A stretch of DNA of 64,000 bases, from contig OZ249436.1 of assembly GCA_965235115.1 (NCBI GenBank), positions 13,146,001 to 13,210,000 of the forward strand, written 5' to 3'. The position numbers were made by a program, and so were the translations under genes. The notes below the pieces were generated by a model. The model did not search any database. It was not told the origin of the DNA and saw nothing but the letters and a program-made list of their open reading frames with translations. Of the stretch, positions 1 to 13,823 are shown one piece after another; position 1 is the first letter of the stretch, and each line of letters opens with the position of its first letter. This DNA comes from Laetmonice hystrix. Its lineage: Eukaryota.

Positions 1-785
1 CAAACGTGTTCCCTTTCATAATGCACATCAAATTCAGCTGTCTCAAATGTTGTAAAAAGGCGTCAGCGTACATGATGTGCGTTTCGTAGTTTATATGTAC
101 AATGACTGGCCACGTAGCTGTGGTATGGGGACATGGCTCAGTCGACGCTGTAGCCTGATGCCATTTGACATGTCTCGCGGTCATTATCAGCCGATCGCAC
201 CTGTCAGTCTCCGGCCTGCCCGGCTGCAGGTCGGGAAGGGGCCGCGGCATACTCAACTAATGGTCACTCGTTATATTACTGCTATCATAATACAAAACGT
301 TTTAATGGATTGTGTGCGTGCCACGAGCAGCTCGTAATGATTGGAACGCACCATTCAATGGTTAAATCGACCATTGTATAACGCTCGCCCTAGTCCACAG
401 AAAATTTCGATTCGTGTCTGGAATTCTGTTAAGACACAATAAGCCCGCTTTAGATCTTGCGTAATTAGACACGGTGGGTTTTGGTTAGAAAATATAATTA
501 ATCTTTAAATAGATTACTGAAAGCAAATGTAGCTAAACTTATAAAATTTTCAATGCGTTGTGTGTTAAGCACGTTTACCAGAAGTGCACCACAACCACAT
601 CAGGCAATGTGAAGCCGTTTCAATTTGAGTAATCTACCAATACCATTACATGTACTGCATACATGTATAGAACAGGCCCATGTTACACTGTGTGGCAAAG
701 TAACATCAACTATATTGCAACAGCTGTTTCGTTATCTGTGCAATTAACCAAGTATTGCTTGCTTTCCCTCCGTGGATACTGACTA

Positions 786-3700
786 ATGACAAATCTTATC
801 ATTGATTGTAAGTAAACTTCTGTATGAGTATAAGGGTGGTCGTTATTGAGTGCATTGGTTGGGTTTCACAAAATTCCATATATTACATAACTTATGAACG
901 TAATGAATGTGTTTAATATATCCCAAATTTAAATATGCAAGTTAAACGCGCCTCGACATTTTAAAATATTCCCCGTATTCCTGGCTGTTTATTAGCACTG
1001 CGAAGAGGTTCGACTGGATGCATTCAACAGGTAAAATGACGTGAACCGCCAACCTGTCTGTTCATTTTCACGATCTGAAATCGATTTTTTCATTTGAGGA
1101 ACTGACGGGGGACGTTATATACTCAACTCCGAATTACCTGTAGTAGTATCAAGGACCTGTAGCGGCGGCACAGAAGCGTTGATAGGGGTAGGCAGGGTGC
1201 CCATCACCTATAATATTTCTTATAAATTCCTATATTTTTCTTTCTATCCTATCAAGTTCTATTCTTCGAGAACATTCTCATAAATTCCTATTTTTAAAAA
1301 TTTCTTTACGCATATACGTGCTGATATGAGACTTTTCTTTGTGGAAACATAGATTCAATTCCTGATAAAAGTACTTAATAAATATATTATTACTCAAGAC
1401 TGATTATCCATTTAATGTACATGTATATGTTAAATTAAACCACATTTTGGCTGTTTGTATCTTATACTTGTTTATCAACTTTATATTAAACAGTGGCGGG
1501 GAAGGACGGTTGTAGAGGTGGTAGAGGCCTTCTTGAATGTATACAAATGTGTTTATTTGCCATCTTAGAAGCTACCATGTACCTTGATCTTGCTATAATC
1601 GCCTATAAGACAAGAAAGAATTCTCCTATTTTGGTTTGAAAATTCCTATAGACGTCTACATGTATTCATATATTATGTTGCGTGTAAACTGCTGGGTACC
1701 CTGTATACGTGACAGGGAAATTCCTGTGATATAAAATAGCGCACGATTCTGTTGTACTATGTTAACGCACCTATCAATACACTATCAAAGGCATGTGGTA
1801 GGGCGTTCAGTGCGGCCTTGGTGATAAAGGGTACCTCTGATAGTGTTCTGATTGGGCTATCAGAAGTTTGACTATCAACGCTTCTGTGCGGCCGCTGGGC
1901 AAGCCCTTTTCACCCATTCTTATTGGCGACATCACCTGTTTTGATGGTGTTAACTATACGTGGAGCCGTTAACGGGGCCCGCGCGGTTGGACCTGCCGAC
2001 CGTTCGAGGGTAATAATTCACCAATTAGGCCAAGGCCCAGCCCCCTGAGAGTCCCTATACATGATAGACAGTTCATTATAAACTCAATAAGCCAGGAATC
2101 CATGTGTACGTAGTATGGGCGTGATGCGTAATGCGTAGGCCTACTGCGTAATGCGTATTCCTCAAAATCAATGAAAACAAGTTGGAGTGATTCCATGTGT
2201 GCGTAATGTGTATTCCTATGCTCCCTCCAGTGAATGACGCGTTGGGTCACATGACCACTTACTGGTAAATTCAAATTGGCAAGCACACAGAGAACATAGA
2301 TTTTCTGTGACATATTTCAAAAAAGAGGGTTGGTTGATTTTCATGTCAAGTGTATATTGTTCCATGTATATCTTATTATTTTAATAGAACGGTTTTGAAC
2401 GGTTTTATTACAGAAATCTCCTTGCATTATTCTTTTTAAAACGTTTATCTGAAAGCGAATTCTAAAGTATCAAACAACTAAAAGCGCTACGCCCTAGCGA
2501 CAAATCATATGTAGTTCCAAGCGCATCGGAAGGAAACATTGATTAATAGATATTTACTAAACTCGATCTTGCGCACGAGTAAAGGCGATCTACCTATAGT
2601 CACTGAAGTCAGGATGAAACGTTGACAGAACTGCAAGTAAAAGGGGGGTGGGGTGGGGTACAAGTAAACAGGGCCAAGCCGCGGCCTTTTTTATTGCATA
2701 TAGATCTAAGCGTATCTATCTAAGTGCAAGAGGTTGAATGCTTAAAGGGGCATGCTATGGTACACGTTTTGGAGGATTTCCGGCAATTATCCAACATGAC
2801 CGTGTAGTAGGGATCCTATCACATCCTACCACAGCATTTTGTCCTCTGACGTGTTTTCGCTGCGTATGCAGCACAAGTACGACCAAACGCATAGATTTCT
2901 CCCGATAGCACATCTCCCGCCATAATTTGGCAGACAACCTCCCATCAACCCGTGTAATTGCATACTGCGTCACATCCTGCATCTGCACTCTCTGCAGGTG
3001 CTTAGTCACGTGCTTCGCTTAGTTGTAAACAATTAAACAGTTGCACTCGATCGACCGGCATCAGAATGCCACCCCAAAAATATTTTACGAAATCGGCAGA
3101 GAAGCGGGCAAGGGGCTTCATAAACTTCGATTTCTCACGCAAAATGAAACTGATAAGTCTGTCTTTGTTTACCAAGCAATTTTAATGAAGGATCTCTTTA
3201 TGAAAACAGCAAAAGTTCTTTGAAATACCGATTTTTCACGTTTCCTCATAATATGCCCCTTTAATAGTATCTGCCCAATGCGGCCGTTCTGGCCATTTGA
3301 AATCTCCTTCGGCCTGTGCAGGTTCCCAATCTTATCCCACCTGCCAAAGTATCATCTTATAACAAATATAGACATATGCAGCTAGACCTTGCTCAAGTGG
3401 TTATTTATTTCTGATATGGTGCAATGGAGTGACAAAAAAATCGAAATTGACATGTATAGTTATTGGTCTAAATTCCGGTCTGTATTATCGTCCGGTCACC
3501 GGATTACAGGCCGGTCCTGCTGGCAGACGGCAAAGACGCAGTCGAGAGACGTCATTACTTGAGATCGACGTTTTCTAGTCACCTTTTATCACGTGATCCT
3601 CTCTCTGACCACTTGCAATCATTATAGTTGCCCTAGCGACGAAGAGTATACCAACAAAAGCAGGAGATATACTTGTAGGCCCTATACCGCTGAATTGGAA

Positions 3701-6700
3701 CTTACACGTCGGTCGTAAAACCGACATGAAGCATTAGTTCGCACAAAAAGAGCTGAGAAATAGCAGAACAGAAGTCAGGGAAAAGGAAGAGGAATTAGAG
3801 AAGCTAGACTAAAAGCCGGTAAGGTATTTCTAAACAATTATAGCCGAATAATTTCAGGCTCAAAAAGTAGAAATCCATATCTAAAGTCCCGTTTTATTTT
3901 GTTTAACTGAATTTTAATTGTTTTGTTGTAAAAGGAATTCATGTAAAAGCAACGTTCTTACTTCTACTCAATATACAGGATGAAGGGCGCGGATTCAGAG
4001 GGGGGTTTTATGGGTAGTGACCCCCTGTTTTCTGCCACTTTCTTTTCAACAAACTTGTCAACACTAGGCCTAAGGCGAATACTCGTTCGGTCTAGTCTTT
4101 GGACACAGAACGATCTTTCTCTACTGCATGTGCGGCGCGCCTTCCGATGATGAAAATCATCAAAATCGGTACCGCGCAACAGGACGCAAGTGGATCACGC
4201 TCTCCGATCTCTTAGGCGGGATTCACAAAACGGGTCGCGATGCGGGGCGCAGCGAAGCAAAATTCTCGCCAGTTTTGGCTTTAAGTCATATTCTATTGAC
4301 CGTTCACAGACGGTAGCGGGACGAAGCGGTGCGAAGCGATGCCGCGCGGCCCTGACGCCGCGAAAAATCGGTTTGGCTGGCCGAGCGAAAAAATGAAGGC
4401 GCGCTCTCTTCGCCATCGGCGTCAGCCAAACAGATCTGGGCCAGCGGTGTGACTCGACCTACATTTGCATACACAGTGCAGGTATTATTGAAACTGATTA
4501 GCATTTTTTCGCGTGCGACGCATTGGCTGTGAATAAGCTCACGAAGCGAAGCGTTGTTGTGCGCGGACCGTCGCTTCGTTGCGCCCCGCTCTGTGAATCC
4601 CGCCTATAAATGGATCACACCTTCCGATTCTCCTTGCGCGGTGTTCCGCGCGTTGCGCGGCTTTACGTTACGTTAGGCGGGATTCACAAAACCGGGCAGA
4701 GCGGGGCGCAGCGAAGCGACGGTCCGCGCACAACAACGCTTCGCTTCGCCAAACTGGCGAGAATTTCGCTTCGCTGCGCCCCGCACCGCGACCCGTTTTG
4801 TGAATCCCGCCTATGCGCAGCGAAAATTCGGTTTGGCTGGCTGAGCGAAAAATGAAAGCGCGCTCTCTTCGTAATCTGTGAGAGTGCTTTTCCCGCACGA
4901 ACGAAGATTGCCGAAAGGACTCGAGTGTGAGAATGCTCTTCGCCGTCTGCGTCAGCCAATCAGATCTGGGCCAGCGGTATGACTCGGCCTACATTTGCAT
5001 ACATAGTGCAGGTATTATTGAAACTGATTAGCATTTTTTCGCGTGCGACGCATTGGCTGTGAATAAGCTCACGAAGCGAAGCGTTGATGTGCGCGGACCG
5101 TCTCTTCGCTGCACGGTTTTGTGAATCCCGCTGGCTACATTATTAACAAAAACGCACGCCGCATGCCGCACGCCGCACACCGTATGCATGTGAAAGCGGC
5201 TTCAAGCCGCTTTCACATGCATGTGCGGCGTGCGGCATGCGGCGTGCGTTTTTGTTTATAGCCAATGTAAATCCCCGCACACCGCAAACCGCGGGCATGT
5301 GAACGGTTATATCTATTTTCAGTTGTTTCATTTCTGCAAAAACGCACGCCGCACGCCGCAAACCGTGTGCATGTGAAAGCGGCTTAACGCGGCCTTGCGC
5401 GGCCTTATACGCCTGCTTTCGACTGCTTAGGCGCTCTTGCGCTTAAAGTCTGAATCGGAAGAGATCGGAACCATCGGATCGTAAGTGGATCACACGCAGG
5501 CCTAGGGGGACCATCAAAAGATGTCGCTATGGGCGAAGTCATCCAGCGATTTTTTGACGATATAAACCTAAAAACCTTCTGCGATCCTCATTATTAATTT
5601 GTCTACTCATACTTACGAAAGCCCAGAAGGCTCATTCGAAATTCGAAATTTGAAATTTCGAATTTGAAATTTTGAATTTCAAATTTTGAATGAGCCTTCT
5701 GGGCTTTCGAAAGTATGAGTAGACAAACTTTACTTTTTATAATGACAATTGCACATTGTACTTGTTGTTCTGCTAAAAATAATCGTTCTACTTTAATTTA
5801 GTTCTGTCGATAGGCGGTAATAAATTTTCGAAAATTTAAGTTTGGCTACGTGTCTTTGGGAGACTATACGGGAGACGTCTACAGCGTCAATCGCAGTAGC
5901 GGCGGCTTCTGTTCAACGGCGCCGGAAGCAAATTATTTGGAGGGGGCAAGAGATCCGAAGCGAATGGGATACATGTCAAGTAAGGGGGTGGGTAACGGGC
6001 GAACATGCATTTTTTCATTATTAAAGATCACAATTTTGGGGGGGATGCCCCCATTCAGATTATTGGGGGGTCGACCCCCCCCCCGCTTCCGGCGCCTATG
6101 CTTCTGTTGTCCCCCCTGCAAAAAATCCTGGATCCGCGCCTGGGATGACGTAGTCGTGGCGGATACAGAGAGGGATTACATTGTTTATACTTGAAAAAAA
6201 TTAAAACATAAGCAATTTGGGAAATGAAGGGGGTAGGGTGGGGTATAGCTACATATCTCAACCTGTAACTTTCTCTGATTCCTTTATCCAGCGCATTTGA
6301 TAAAAAACAAGATGTTCTTTGGGCCGTTGACGTTTGGTGAGTGCACACTTAGCTACATAATTACATATTACATAATAATATATCTTCACTGAACCTAATA
6401 CTGACTAAAATTTGGCCATAGGGCCAAATCAACTGCAATGGGAAATTTCACGAATGGCAAAACAATTTTTAAGTAGGCTCTCATATCATTGGTTGACTTC
6501 GTTCACTGATATTGAGCAGCGTAGATAAGACCACATTATAACATAATATTAATGTCTTGTGCTTAATAAAAATTGGTACACAATCATTGTTATTAAATTT
6601 TTGTCTTTTTTACGTTATTTATCATTAAGCAAAAGCTGTAATTTTGACGACGTTTGTGAGCCTTTCTATGGGCACCACAGTCAACCCAACCACAACTATG

Positions 6701-9700
6701 GAAACATCGACCGTTCCTGAAACGTCCACTTTAGAGGAAACTTCTGAGAAAACAACAATACCCGAAACTGGTGAGGACACGACCACTGCGTCAGGAAGCA
6801 CCGACACAGGTTTGCCGCACATTTCCTATAGTTTAGGTCTCAATGAGAAAAAAAGGCGTGAGTGATTGAAAGTATGTGGGGAGGCGGGGGCAACAGTAAG
6901 AAAGAAGTCCCTGATTACATAGGGTAGCAAAAGAGTGATAATTCATAGGAAGACCGAATCGTAGGGGTCCATGGTATTATGTATGTCCATAACAACGCGA
7001 ATATAACCTCCACAATATAGAGCATAACGTTTTAAAACTAAATCTATAGGTCCTGCATACTATTATGTGTTTTACAGCTTGGACGGGAACAACCTCGGAT
7101 CCATCTGGGGTGAGATATAGATTTGAACTATATTGAGTTTGCCTGCTTTGTAATTGTTTCCTGCACACTCCAGACTTGAGACACAGCATAAGATAGTATT
7201 ATTACAGTACATTACTGTATTTCTATAGTTACACTACTGCATACTGTTCGTCAATGCATTTTGGAAAAAGTGTAAAAGCGAAAAGATTACGGCCATTTCA
7301 TTATTTTACGTGAATAAACTTATAACATTTCCACAGTATTCCAAAGTTTTGACCATCATCAACCGTCACTAAAGAAATAAACCACAATCGTTATTTTGAT
7401 GTGGATTGGTGTTATGATTTAATTCAGTTCATATATTTAAAAGACAATAAGACATAGAATTCATCACTCAATAAAAGTCTGCGTGCTTGTAGTTGATACA
7501 CAGACGTTAGTTCCACTAGGTGCAGTGGTTTAATCCGCGATAGTACAACGCGATAGAACGAATACTTTAACCATTAGATACACTTTATAGTAACGCTCGT
7601 GTTAGTATTAAATTACAGAAAACCGCAGAAACTTTATAATTTACAAAATGTACAGTGTGCCTCAGCCCTAGTTAGCTGTTATGTGTTTCTGTAAAATTAC
7701 GGTAATGAACTGGCAACACACGCTATAGATTCATGCAGTTGAAATATATATATAGAAAGCACTTTGGAGTTCTAAATATTACACGTGTACATTTATTTAA
7801 GTGTTTTGTAAGCCTTTTGTATACTGCCTTATACTATTGTCACACAGCACTCAAGAGATCATCCACGATCGCCATTCTTCGTTTGATTGGTATTGGGCTG
7901 CATGTCTCGTACACAGGTGCACCCTTGTTTTCCATGACCGTTTTCTGTTCACTGACTGTTTTCTATATATAAGACCATGAGTGCTAGCACCGCTGACTCG
8001 TCTACCTCTGGTCAGGACTTAACAACCACCGGTTACTCTAGTACTGATGGGCCAACATCCACTGCTGACTCGACTACCTCTGGTGAGGACTTGAGAACCA
8101 CCGGTTACTCTAGTACTGATGGGCCAACATCCACTGCTGACTCGACTATCCCTGGTCAGGACTTAACAACCACCGGTTACTCTAGTACTGATGGGCCAAC
8201 ATCCACTGCTGACTCGACTATCCCTGGTCAGGACTTAACAACCACCGGTTACTCTAGTACTGATGGGCCAACATCCACTGCTGACTCGACTACCCCTGGT
8301 CAGGACTTAACAACCACCGGTTACTCTAGTACTGATGGGCCAACATCCACTGCTGACTCTAATACCTCTGGTCAGGACTTAACAACCACCGGTTACTCTA
8401 ATACTGATGGGCCAACATCCAATGCTGACTCGACTATCCCTGGTCAGGACTTAACAACCACCGGTTACTCTAGTACTGATGGGCCAACATCCACCGCTGA
8501 CTCGACTACCTCTGGTCAGGACTTAACAACCACCGGTTACTCTAGTACTGATAGGCCAACATCCACTACTGACTCGACTAGTCAGGACTTAACAACCACT
8601 GGTTACTCTAGTACTGATGGGCCAACATCCACTGCTGACTCTAATACCTCTGGTCAGGACGTCAACGTGACATCAGCAGTGAGCACCTATTCCGTTACCT
8701 GTTCCCGGCCGTCTAAACCATATTTATTAAACAGTGGATCCATGAAAGGAGAGAACAGGGAAACCAATTTATTGAAAATTCTTACAAAATGAAACCGGTA
8801 GATCTATATGGTAAATCATTTTTTTAAACGTTTTGCCAGGACCTGTTTTACTTTTTAAAAACGATTGCCTTCTTTTTTGACTATAGTGCATGTACTATAA
8901 TCCTCTAATGATGCATAGATCTGTATATAGTTTAGATTTAGAGCTTTTTGTATTATAGTGAACACCTGCATTGGCTGCAATGCGAAGCACGCATGGTTGT
9001 GAGTCATGCATGTACTTTTTTTTATGTTGAACTTGGAGCTATAGGGTCACCATTAAATAGAGTATTTTCTAGTTAAAGAATTTATAGAATTATCATATTT
9101 GCCATTAATGATTGCCAATGGCTTTGGCTATCTGTTAGGGTTAGTCGGGATAGTTAGTAGGGATGTCGACCAGAAGTAGAATCATCCTAGGTCACACTTT
9201 ACAACCATGCATATATACCGTACGCATGATCACTTTTTATGTCAAAATGCGTTGTTATCGAGATTATGTAAAAGTCGATGGGCCGATGGAGGATAAAACA
9301 TTGATATTATGATAACCGTTAGGTTGTGACCACCACGGCCGGTGAATCTGGAACCGGCACCGATACGTCGTCAGGCCTGTCAACATCCACCACCCTGGCT
9401 ACACCAACCACAGATACACTGGCGGTGAGTCTTCATTCAATATACCAGGTTTAGGGGAGGCAGCCAACATGTAATCATCTTCTCCAGGTTTTATCATGAC
9501 TGCTATATTAATCTATTCCTTTTTGCATTCAGTCGTTTTGTTAATAATATTATTAAAGACATCAAGGACCTAGATATATACATGTAGGCCTATGCATAAA
9601 CCTCTTTTGATATAAAAATCAGTATGCTCTATAGTAAACGTTTTTGCTTTCCATCTCCACAGAAAAATAAGATAAAAATGGTAGTATAGGGGGAGGGGGT

Positions 9701-10436
9701 GCTTGGGGTGCTCAAGCACCCCCTCAATTTGCCCAATTGTTTTTTGTGCGCTTGTTGACCACAACCCCCTCTTAATTTGAGGCGCCTACGACCTTGGTTA
9801 TTTCCAGCATCCCCCTGGGTCCAGTTTCTGGGTACGCCACTGGTATAGGCCTATAAGTTAGTATATGTACACGTGTATTCGATTTCTGTATGGTTGTTTG
9901 ATCATTCTGAAGTATTCCTTTCTTATGTATCTATTTTCAAGAATTCGACTCTTTGCTACTTCTGCAACGTTTCGAACTGCCAGACAGTGACGGGTCAAAC
10001 ACAAAAATGTCAAACGACCAAGGACATCTGCATGGTAAGTCGGGGGTGGGTGCATGCATGGTTACTGAATGACTGAATAAATTCAAAACTTAGAGACATC
10101 TATATATGCTTATTTATCGGTCAAGATCATCGTTTTGGCTTATAAAGTCGTCATTCTAACGATGTTTGCTAGATGTACTACTATTTCGACAAATCGGAGA
10201 AGTACGGCCGAGGTTGCCGACGAGACGACATGCCGTGTAAGGCAGACACCGACTACGTGTGGGCGGGCTCCACGTGTGGCATGTGTTGTACTGGTGACCT
10301 GTGTAATCATGACGACATCGAGACACATGTGACCAATTGTAACAATTTCCGCGGGGGTTTCACAAGTCTACACACGGCCGCGCTCCGCCCACTGCTGCTC
10401 GTGGCTGCCTGGATCCTGCCGGGTCTGACGATATAG
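786..10436 (+). CDS. Mucin-like Ser/Thr-repeat protein with C-terminal Ly6/uPAR (LU) domain and putative GPI-anchor signal (~465 aa, 7 exons)
   Basis: Phase-compatible GT-AG exons: 786-807 (tentative first exon, MTNLIID), 6630-6809, 7078-7109, 7974-8678, 9323-9424, 9942-10034, 10173-10436. The N-terminus is weakly hydrophobic (KAVILTTFVSLSMG) and is followed by a long T/S-rich region. Then comes LCYFCNVSNC...KC...DICM|MYY...RGC...PC...CGMCCTGDLCN, the CCxxxxCN LU signature, and a hydrophobic tail (AALRPLLLVAAWILPGLTI*). AATAAA at ~10741. The first exon is the least certain part. Confidence 0.8.
1161..1896. mobile_element. MITE-like element with ~25-bp terminal inverted repeats and a nested CAGGG-ended element (1193-1703)
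   Basis: agcggcggcacagaagcgttgatag at 1161 and ctatcaacgcttctgtgcggccgct ending 1896 (1 mismatch). Inner pair cagggtgcccatca / tgctgggtaccctg. Confidence 0.6.
2746..3260. mobile_element. Non-autonomous DNA transposon with TTAA target duplication (Kolobok-like)
   Basis: ttaa|AGGGGCAT...ATGCCCCT|ttaa; no internal ORF. Confidence 0.6.
4186..5496. mobile_element. Cluster of nested or duplicated GC-rich palindromic MITEs
   Basis: TIR pair aggcgggattcacaaaac / gttttgtgaatcccgcct (e.g. ~4676-4812). Direct duplication of ~4364-4590 at ~4820-5131. Second TIR family aagccgctttcacatgc / gcatgtgaaagcggctt (~5205-5386). Confidence 0.75.
5598..5727. repeat. Near-perfect ~130-bp hairpin or foldback
   Basis: tttgtctactcatacttacgaaagcccagaaggctcattc... 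pairs with ...gaatgagccttctgggctttcgaaagtatgagtagacaaa around a core of gaaatt repeats. Confidence 0.85.
7986..8660 (+). repeat. Coding minisatellite, 72-bp unit (24 aa, GQDLTTTGYSSTDGPTSTADSTxx), ~9 copies
   Basis: The unit recurs every 72 nt (ggtcaggac at 8010, ggtgaggac at 8082, and so on), in frame within the large exon of the mucin-LU gene. Confidence 0.95.
9688..9842. mobile_element. Dispersed short repeat (cagtggcg...cgccactg family); partial copy, second copy at 51592-51757
   Basis: gtgcttggggtgctcaagcaccc...caatttgccca...gcgcctacgac...ttggttatttccagca...cagtttctgggt.cgccactg is shared with the 51.6-kb copy. Confidence 0.7.
9942..10436 (+). other. LU/three-finger domain plus GPI-signal exons of the mucin-LU gene
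   Basis: Exons 9942-10034 and 10173-10436 together encode 12 Cys, including CxxC at the start and CxxCCxxxxCN, followed by a hydrophobic C-terminus. Confidence 0.85.
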
Positions 10437-13408
10437 GGATCCACCAGGTGAAAACAGGAGAAATATTGGCGCAGCTACCGCCTGACAACGTTCAAGATTG
10501 TATCGATGCTGATCCTAGTTCATCATTGAGCATGGAGAATGCCTTTTTATAGGCGCTATAATGCCCTACTGTGATAGCCATATATGTTCTGATTTTGACA
10601 AATAGATTTTGTTCAAAGGCCCATAAAACACCGGGCATAAAACACTTTAACAGTTGGACCTGCTCCTGGCATGCGACCAGTGTCTAGCTATTCATAAAGG
10701 GCCAAATTTGTTTTCATACAAGATTTGTGTTTTACTTCAAAATAAAGATCCGTCCATTATTAGGGTAAGGTCATTGGAGGCGCATTTTCTTCTTTCGAAT
10801 TTACATTTGATCGAATGTTAAGTATTTGTTTCAACAATTTAAGTGTTCCCAGATCTTATCTTTGTTCCGAATTTGAATCAGGAATGAAACTTCTTCAGGG
10901 GACAAAATGCGTTGTAACACTAGCTTCGGATTGTTTCATGGAGAATTTAGGTGGGAAACAACCATGACCACCTCATCATTGCTTGTCAGTGAAGTCTAGC
11001 AAGAAAGTTACACATTTCGTTTAATTACAAAATGCCTCACTAAGAACCAACTCTAATTGCAGCATAAGTGCAAAATAACTTTATATATATGTGGATAGCA
11101 AAAATATATATTGTTTTATGTAATTGTTTAACGTTGTACTATATGGCACGGAGCAACTGGCCATTGTATTTTGGCATCTTATTGAAACCTCACACTATTA
11201 GTCGGTATATTCTTTATCATAATGGTATATCCCAAACTGTTACAACACGTGTATCCCACTGTTATCATAATGGTATATCTATAGCTGTTACAACACGTGT
11301 ATCCCACTGTTATCAGGAGGTAACAAGACATGAAATCTGGAAAAGAGCAAGGAAGCTGTGATATTTTCTACGTAAGCTATTTTTCTATATAAGGCGTTGC
11401 TTTATAATTCAAAAATAGGCAAGTCTGGTTAGGATGATGAACTGCGCTTTATCGTGTTTGCGTGTGTTTAAGGGAAAAGCCAAGTTGAGTATGTGCGATT
11501 TTTTTGGGTATAAAGGCAACATTAATATCCTCGTTATCATTGAGTGTACAACCCTCAATCAAGTTTAGAGCTGTCCAGTCCGTAACATTATGTTTTTAGT
11601 CTTTCAATTTCGATTTCGACTGAAATGTCCACAGATTTGGGTCCCTCTACATTATTGCTCCTAAAAGCGGGTGTGTGCGGTTAAAAAGTATAGCCATGAG
11701 ACTACAATATAATGATGTCCCCGCTGGATGATAACAGACATATGCCTCAGCTGTATACCTGTGGTTCTCAGCCCAGCAGATAGTATAGAGTTGTATGTGA
11801 CAGTTTATCTCTCTGTTACACACCGATTGTTTTCATGTGTTTACATGCAGGATGACATTGTTTTTCCAAGCTGCAGCAGTAGGCTATTTTATCTAGATTA
11901 CGACTATTGGCCGACAATATATTTGTTATAACCTTCAGAGCAGAAAGTGTAGACAGGCTGCAAATGAAACAGTCAAGCTTGAAAAGTCTAGGTAGGGTTA
12001 AATCTCAGAAGATGAGACCAGACTGCTCAGGTTTAAAATCTTGACTGGGTCTAGTTTTTCTATGCATGGCTCATTTGGAAGATTCTTTCATTTCGATACT
12101 AGGCTAGTACCACATTAAATGCCATACTGGCAACTTTGGATTTAAAATACCTAATTTCCTCTGCGGATGTGCGCAAATTTACAATAAATAAATGGAAAAA
12201 AGTAGATGAATAAAATGCAGACATTATTTGAATTGGCCTCCATTTAACAGAAGATTCTCATGGTTGGAAAACGCGAAGAGGCGTGGAAACCAGAGGGGAA
12301 GTAGACAGGGTTACGAATGAACTATCCAAACACAATCAACAGTGACCAGCATTGGCCTCCCTGACCAACAAAAACACTCGCTTCCGTCCAGTTGTGGCTG
12401 TCTGTGTGAAATAACGTACATACATCCATACATACGGGGAGGGATTGGAAACATATAACGACGGACCGAGCCTGGAGTCAACTCATCCGTCAATCATGCC
12501 GTATGACTATCACTATGACAGTCCTCCAAGGCAGACGTAGATCATGACCCCCCTTCATGACACCCAAGAGGATCAGAGAGGCAGACCCGAGCACAATGGG
12601 TGATTTTAAAGTTGGTGTTAACAGGTGGTGTTTACACTAACAGTAACACTAACAAGCTCTGGGACACCAGAAATAAATTGTCCAGTGTTAACATCAGGTG
12701 TCCGTGTGATCTACACTCCGTGGAAGACTGAGTGCAGGTGTTAACACACAACTGACACTTCAAGTTGGTTACCTTCTGAATACGGATTCCTAACACGGGT
12801 CTGACACTAACACCAGTATAACACTCACACCATACACCATGTTAGTGTTAACACCAACACCCGTAGTAGTAATCCACACTGCATGCCAGAAAGGACACCA
12901 TCATTGGGGAAAATGATCAAGATCTGGGGAAAATGATCAAGATCTCGTTAAAATCAGAGTTCGATTCCCAAATTATGACCGGTAATATTTCATGCTTTCA
13001 ACTACACATGAGCATCCATGCATAATCTGGGGCCTTCCCATAATGCGTCAGACCTTCTGTCAGAAGTGAACTGGTTCCTGTTGCAGTTTCAAAAATATTA
13101 AGTGTCTCAATTTCATATGTGCCACTCTCATAATAATCAGCAACATACAAATCAACTGAAAACAGACAAACGTAGGCCTACCACCAGGGGTGATTTTCAA
13201 GTTGGTGTATGCTAACAGTAACCAGAATCCCTGATACCTCACCCGATTCACAACTTAAAATGTGATTCAGACAAGAGAGAGAAACTAAATAAAGGAAGTA
13301 GGTGTAATTATAAACGAAATACTAATTAATAATTTCAAAAGCAGATGATAAAAACAGTTGTAGTCCGTCTCATATCTGTTGCAATATAAGGACAAATAAT
13401 TACATGAC

Positions 13409-13470
13409 ACACCGGGAATCGAACCATCAACCTTAGGATCAACACACAACATGCTAGACCATGCTAACAG
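13409..13470 (-). pseudogene. tRNA-derived fragment (SINE head or tRNA pseudogene)
   Basis: The minus strand reads gcatggtctagcatg...ggttgatGGTTCGATTCCcggt, with A-box-like and B-box motifs; I could not fold a complete cloverleaf. Confidence 0.4.
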
Positions 13471-13541
13471 CAACGGTCAGAGAATCCAGCAGACAGATGC
13501 CACTTGTGGTCCGAACATGACGCAACATGGCAGGGGCGGAT

Positions 13542-13823
13542 CCAGGGGTGGGTTGCACTAACGGTCCTACGGGTTAGGACTGAATTTAGGACCAGTCCTA
13601 CATTCAACAGGGGCAAATATCCACAATTTAAATGTAATTCGTCAACTTTTATATCTCAAGGGCTATTCAAACTCAGATAGATATGAAGTGCTTGGGGGGC
13701 ATGGATCTTTACTTTCCACCAAATTTCGTGGGGTTTAAGTTATCATGGGCGATATACCACTCAGTAGGACTGGTCCTAAATTCAGTCCTAACCCGTAGGA
13801 CCGTTAGTGCAACCCGCCCCTGG
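13542..13823. mobile_element. MITE with ~60-bp near-perfect TIRs nested in the hAT-like element
   Basis: gggttgcactaacggtcctacgggttaggactgaatttaggaccagtcctac / gtaggactggtcctaaattcagtcctaacccgtaggaccgttagtgcaaccc. Confidence 0.85.

Noticed and set aside
4128..4959. Multiple overlapping Arg-rich ORFs
   Set aside because: They arise from GC-rich palindromic MITEs, with near-identical peptides on both strands.
13409..13470. Functional tRNA gene
   Set aside because: The B-box is present but the D and anticodon arms look degenerate, and it sits within a transposon; kept only as a tRNA-derived fragment.
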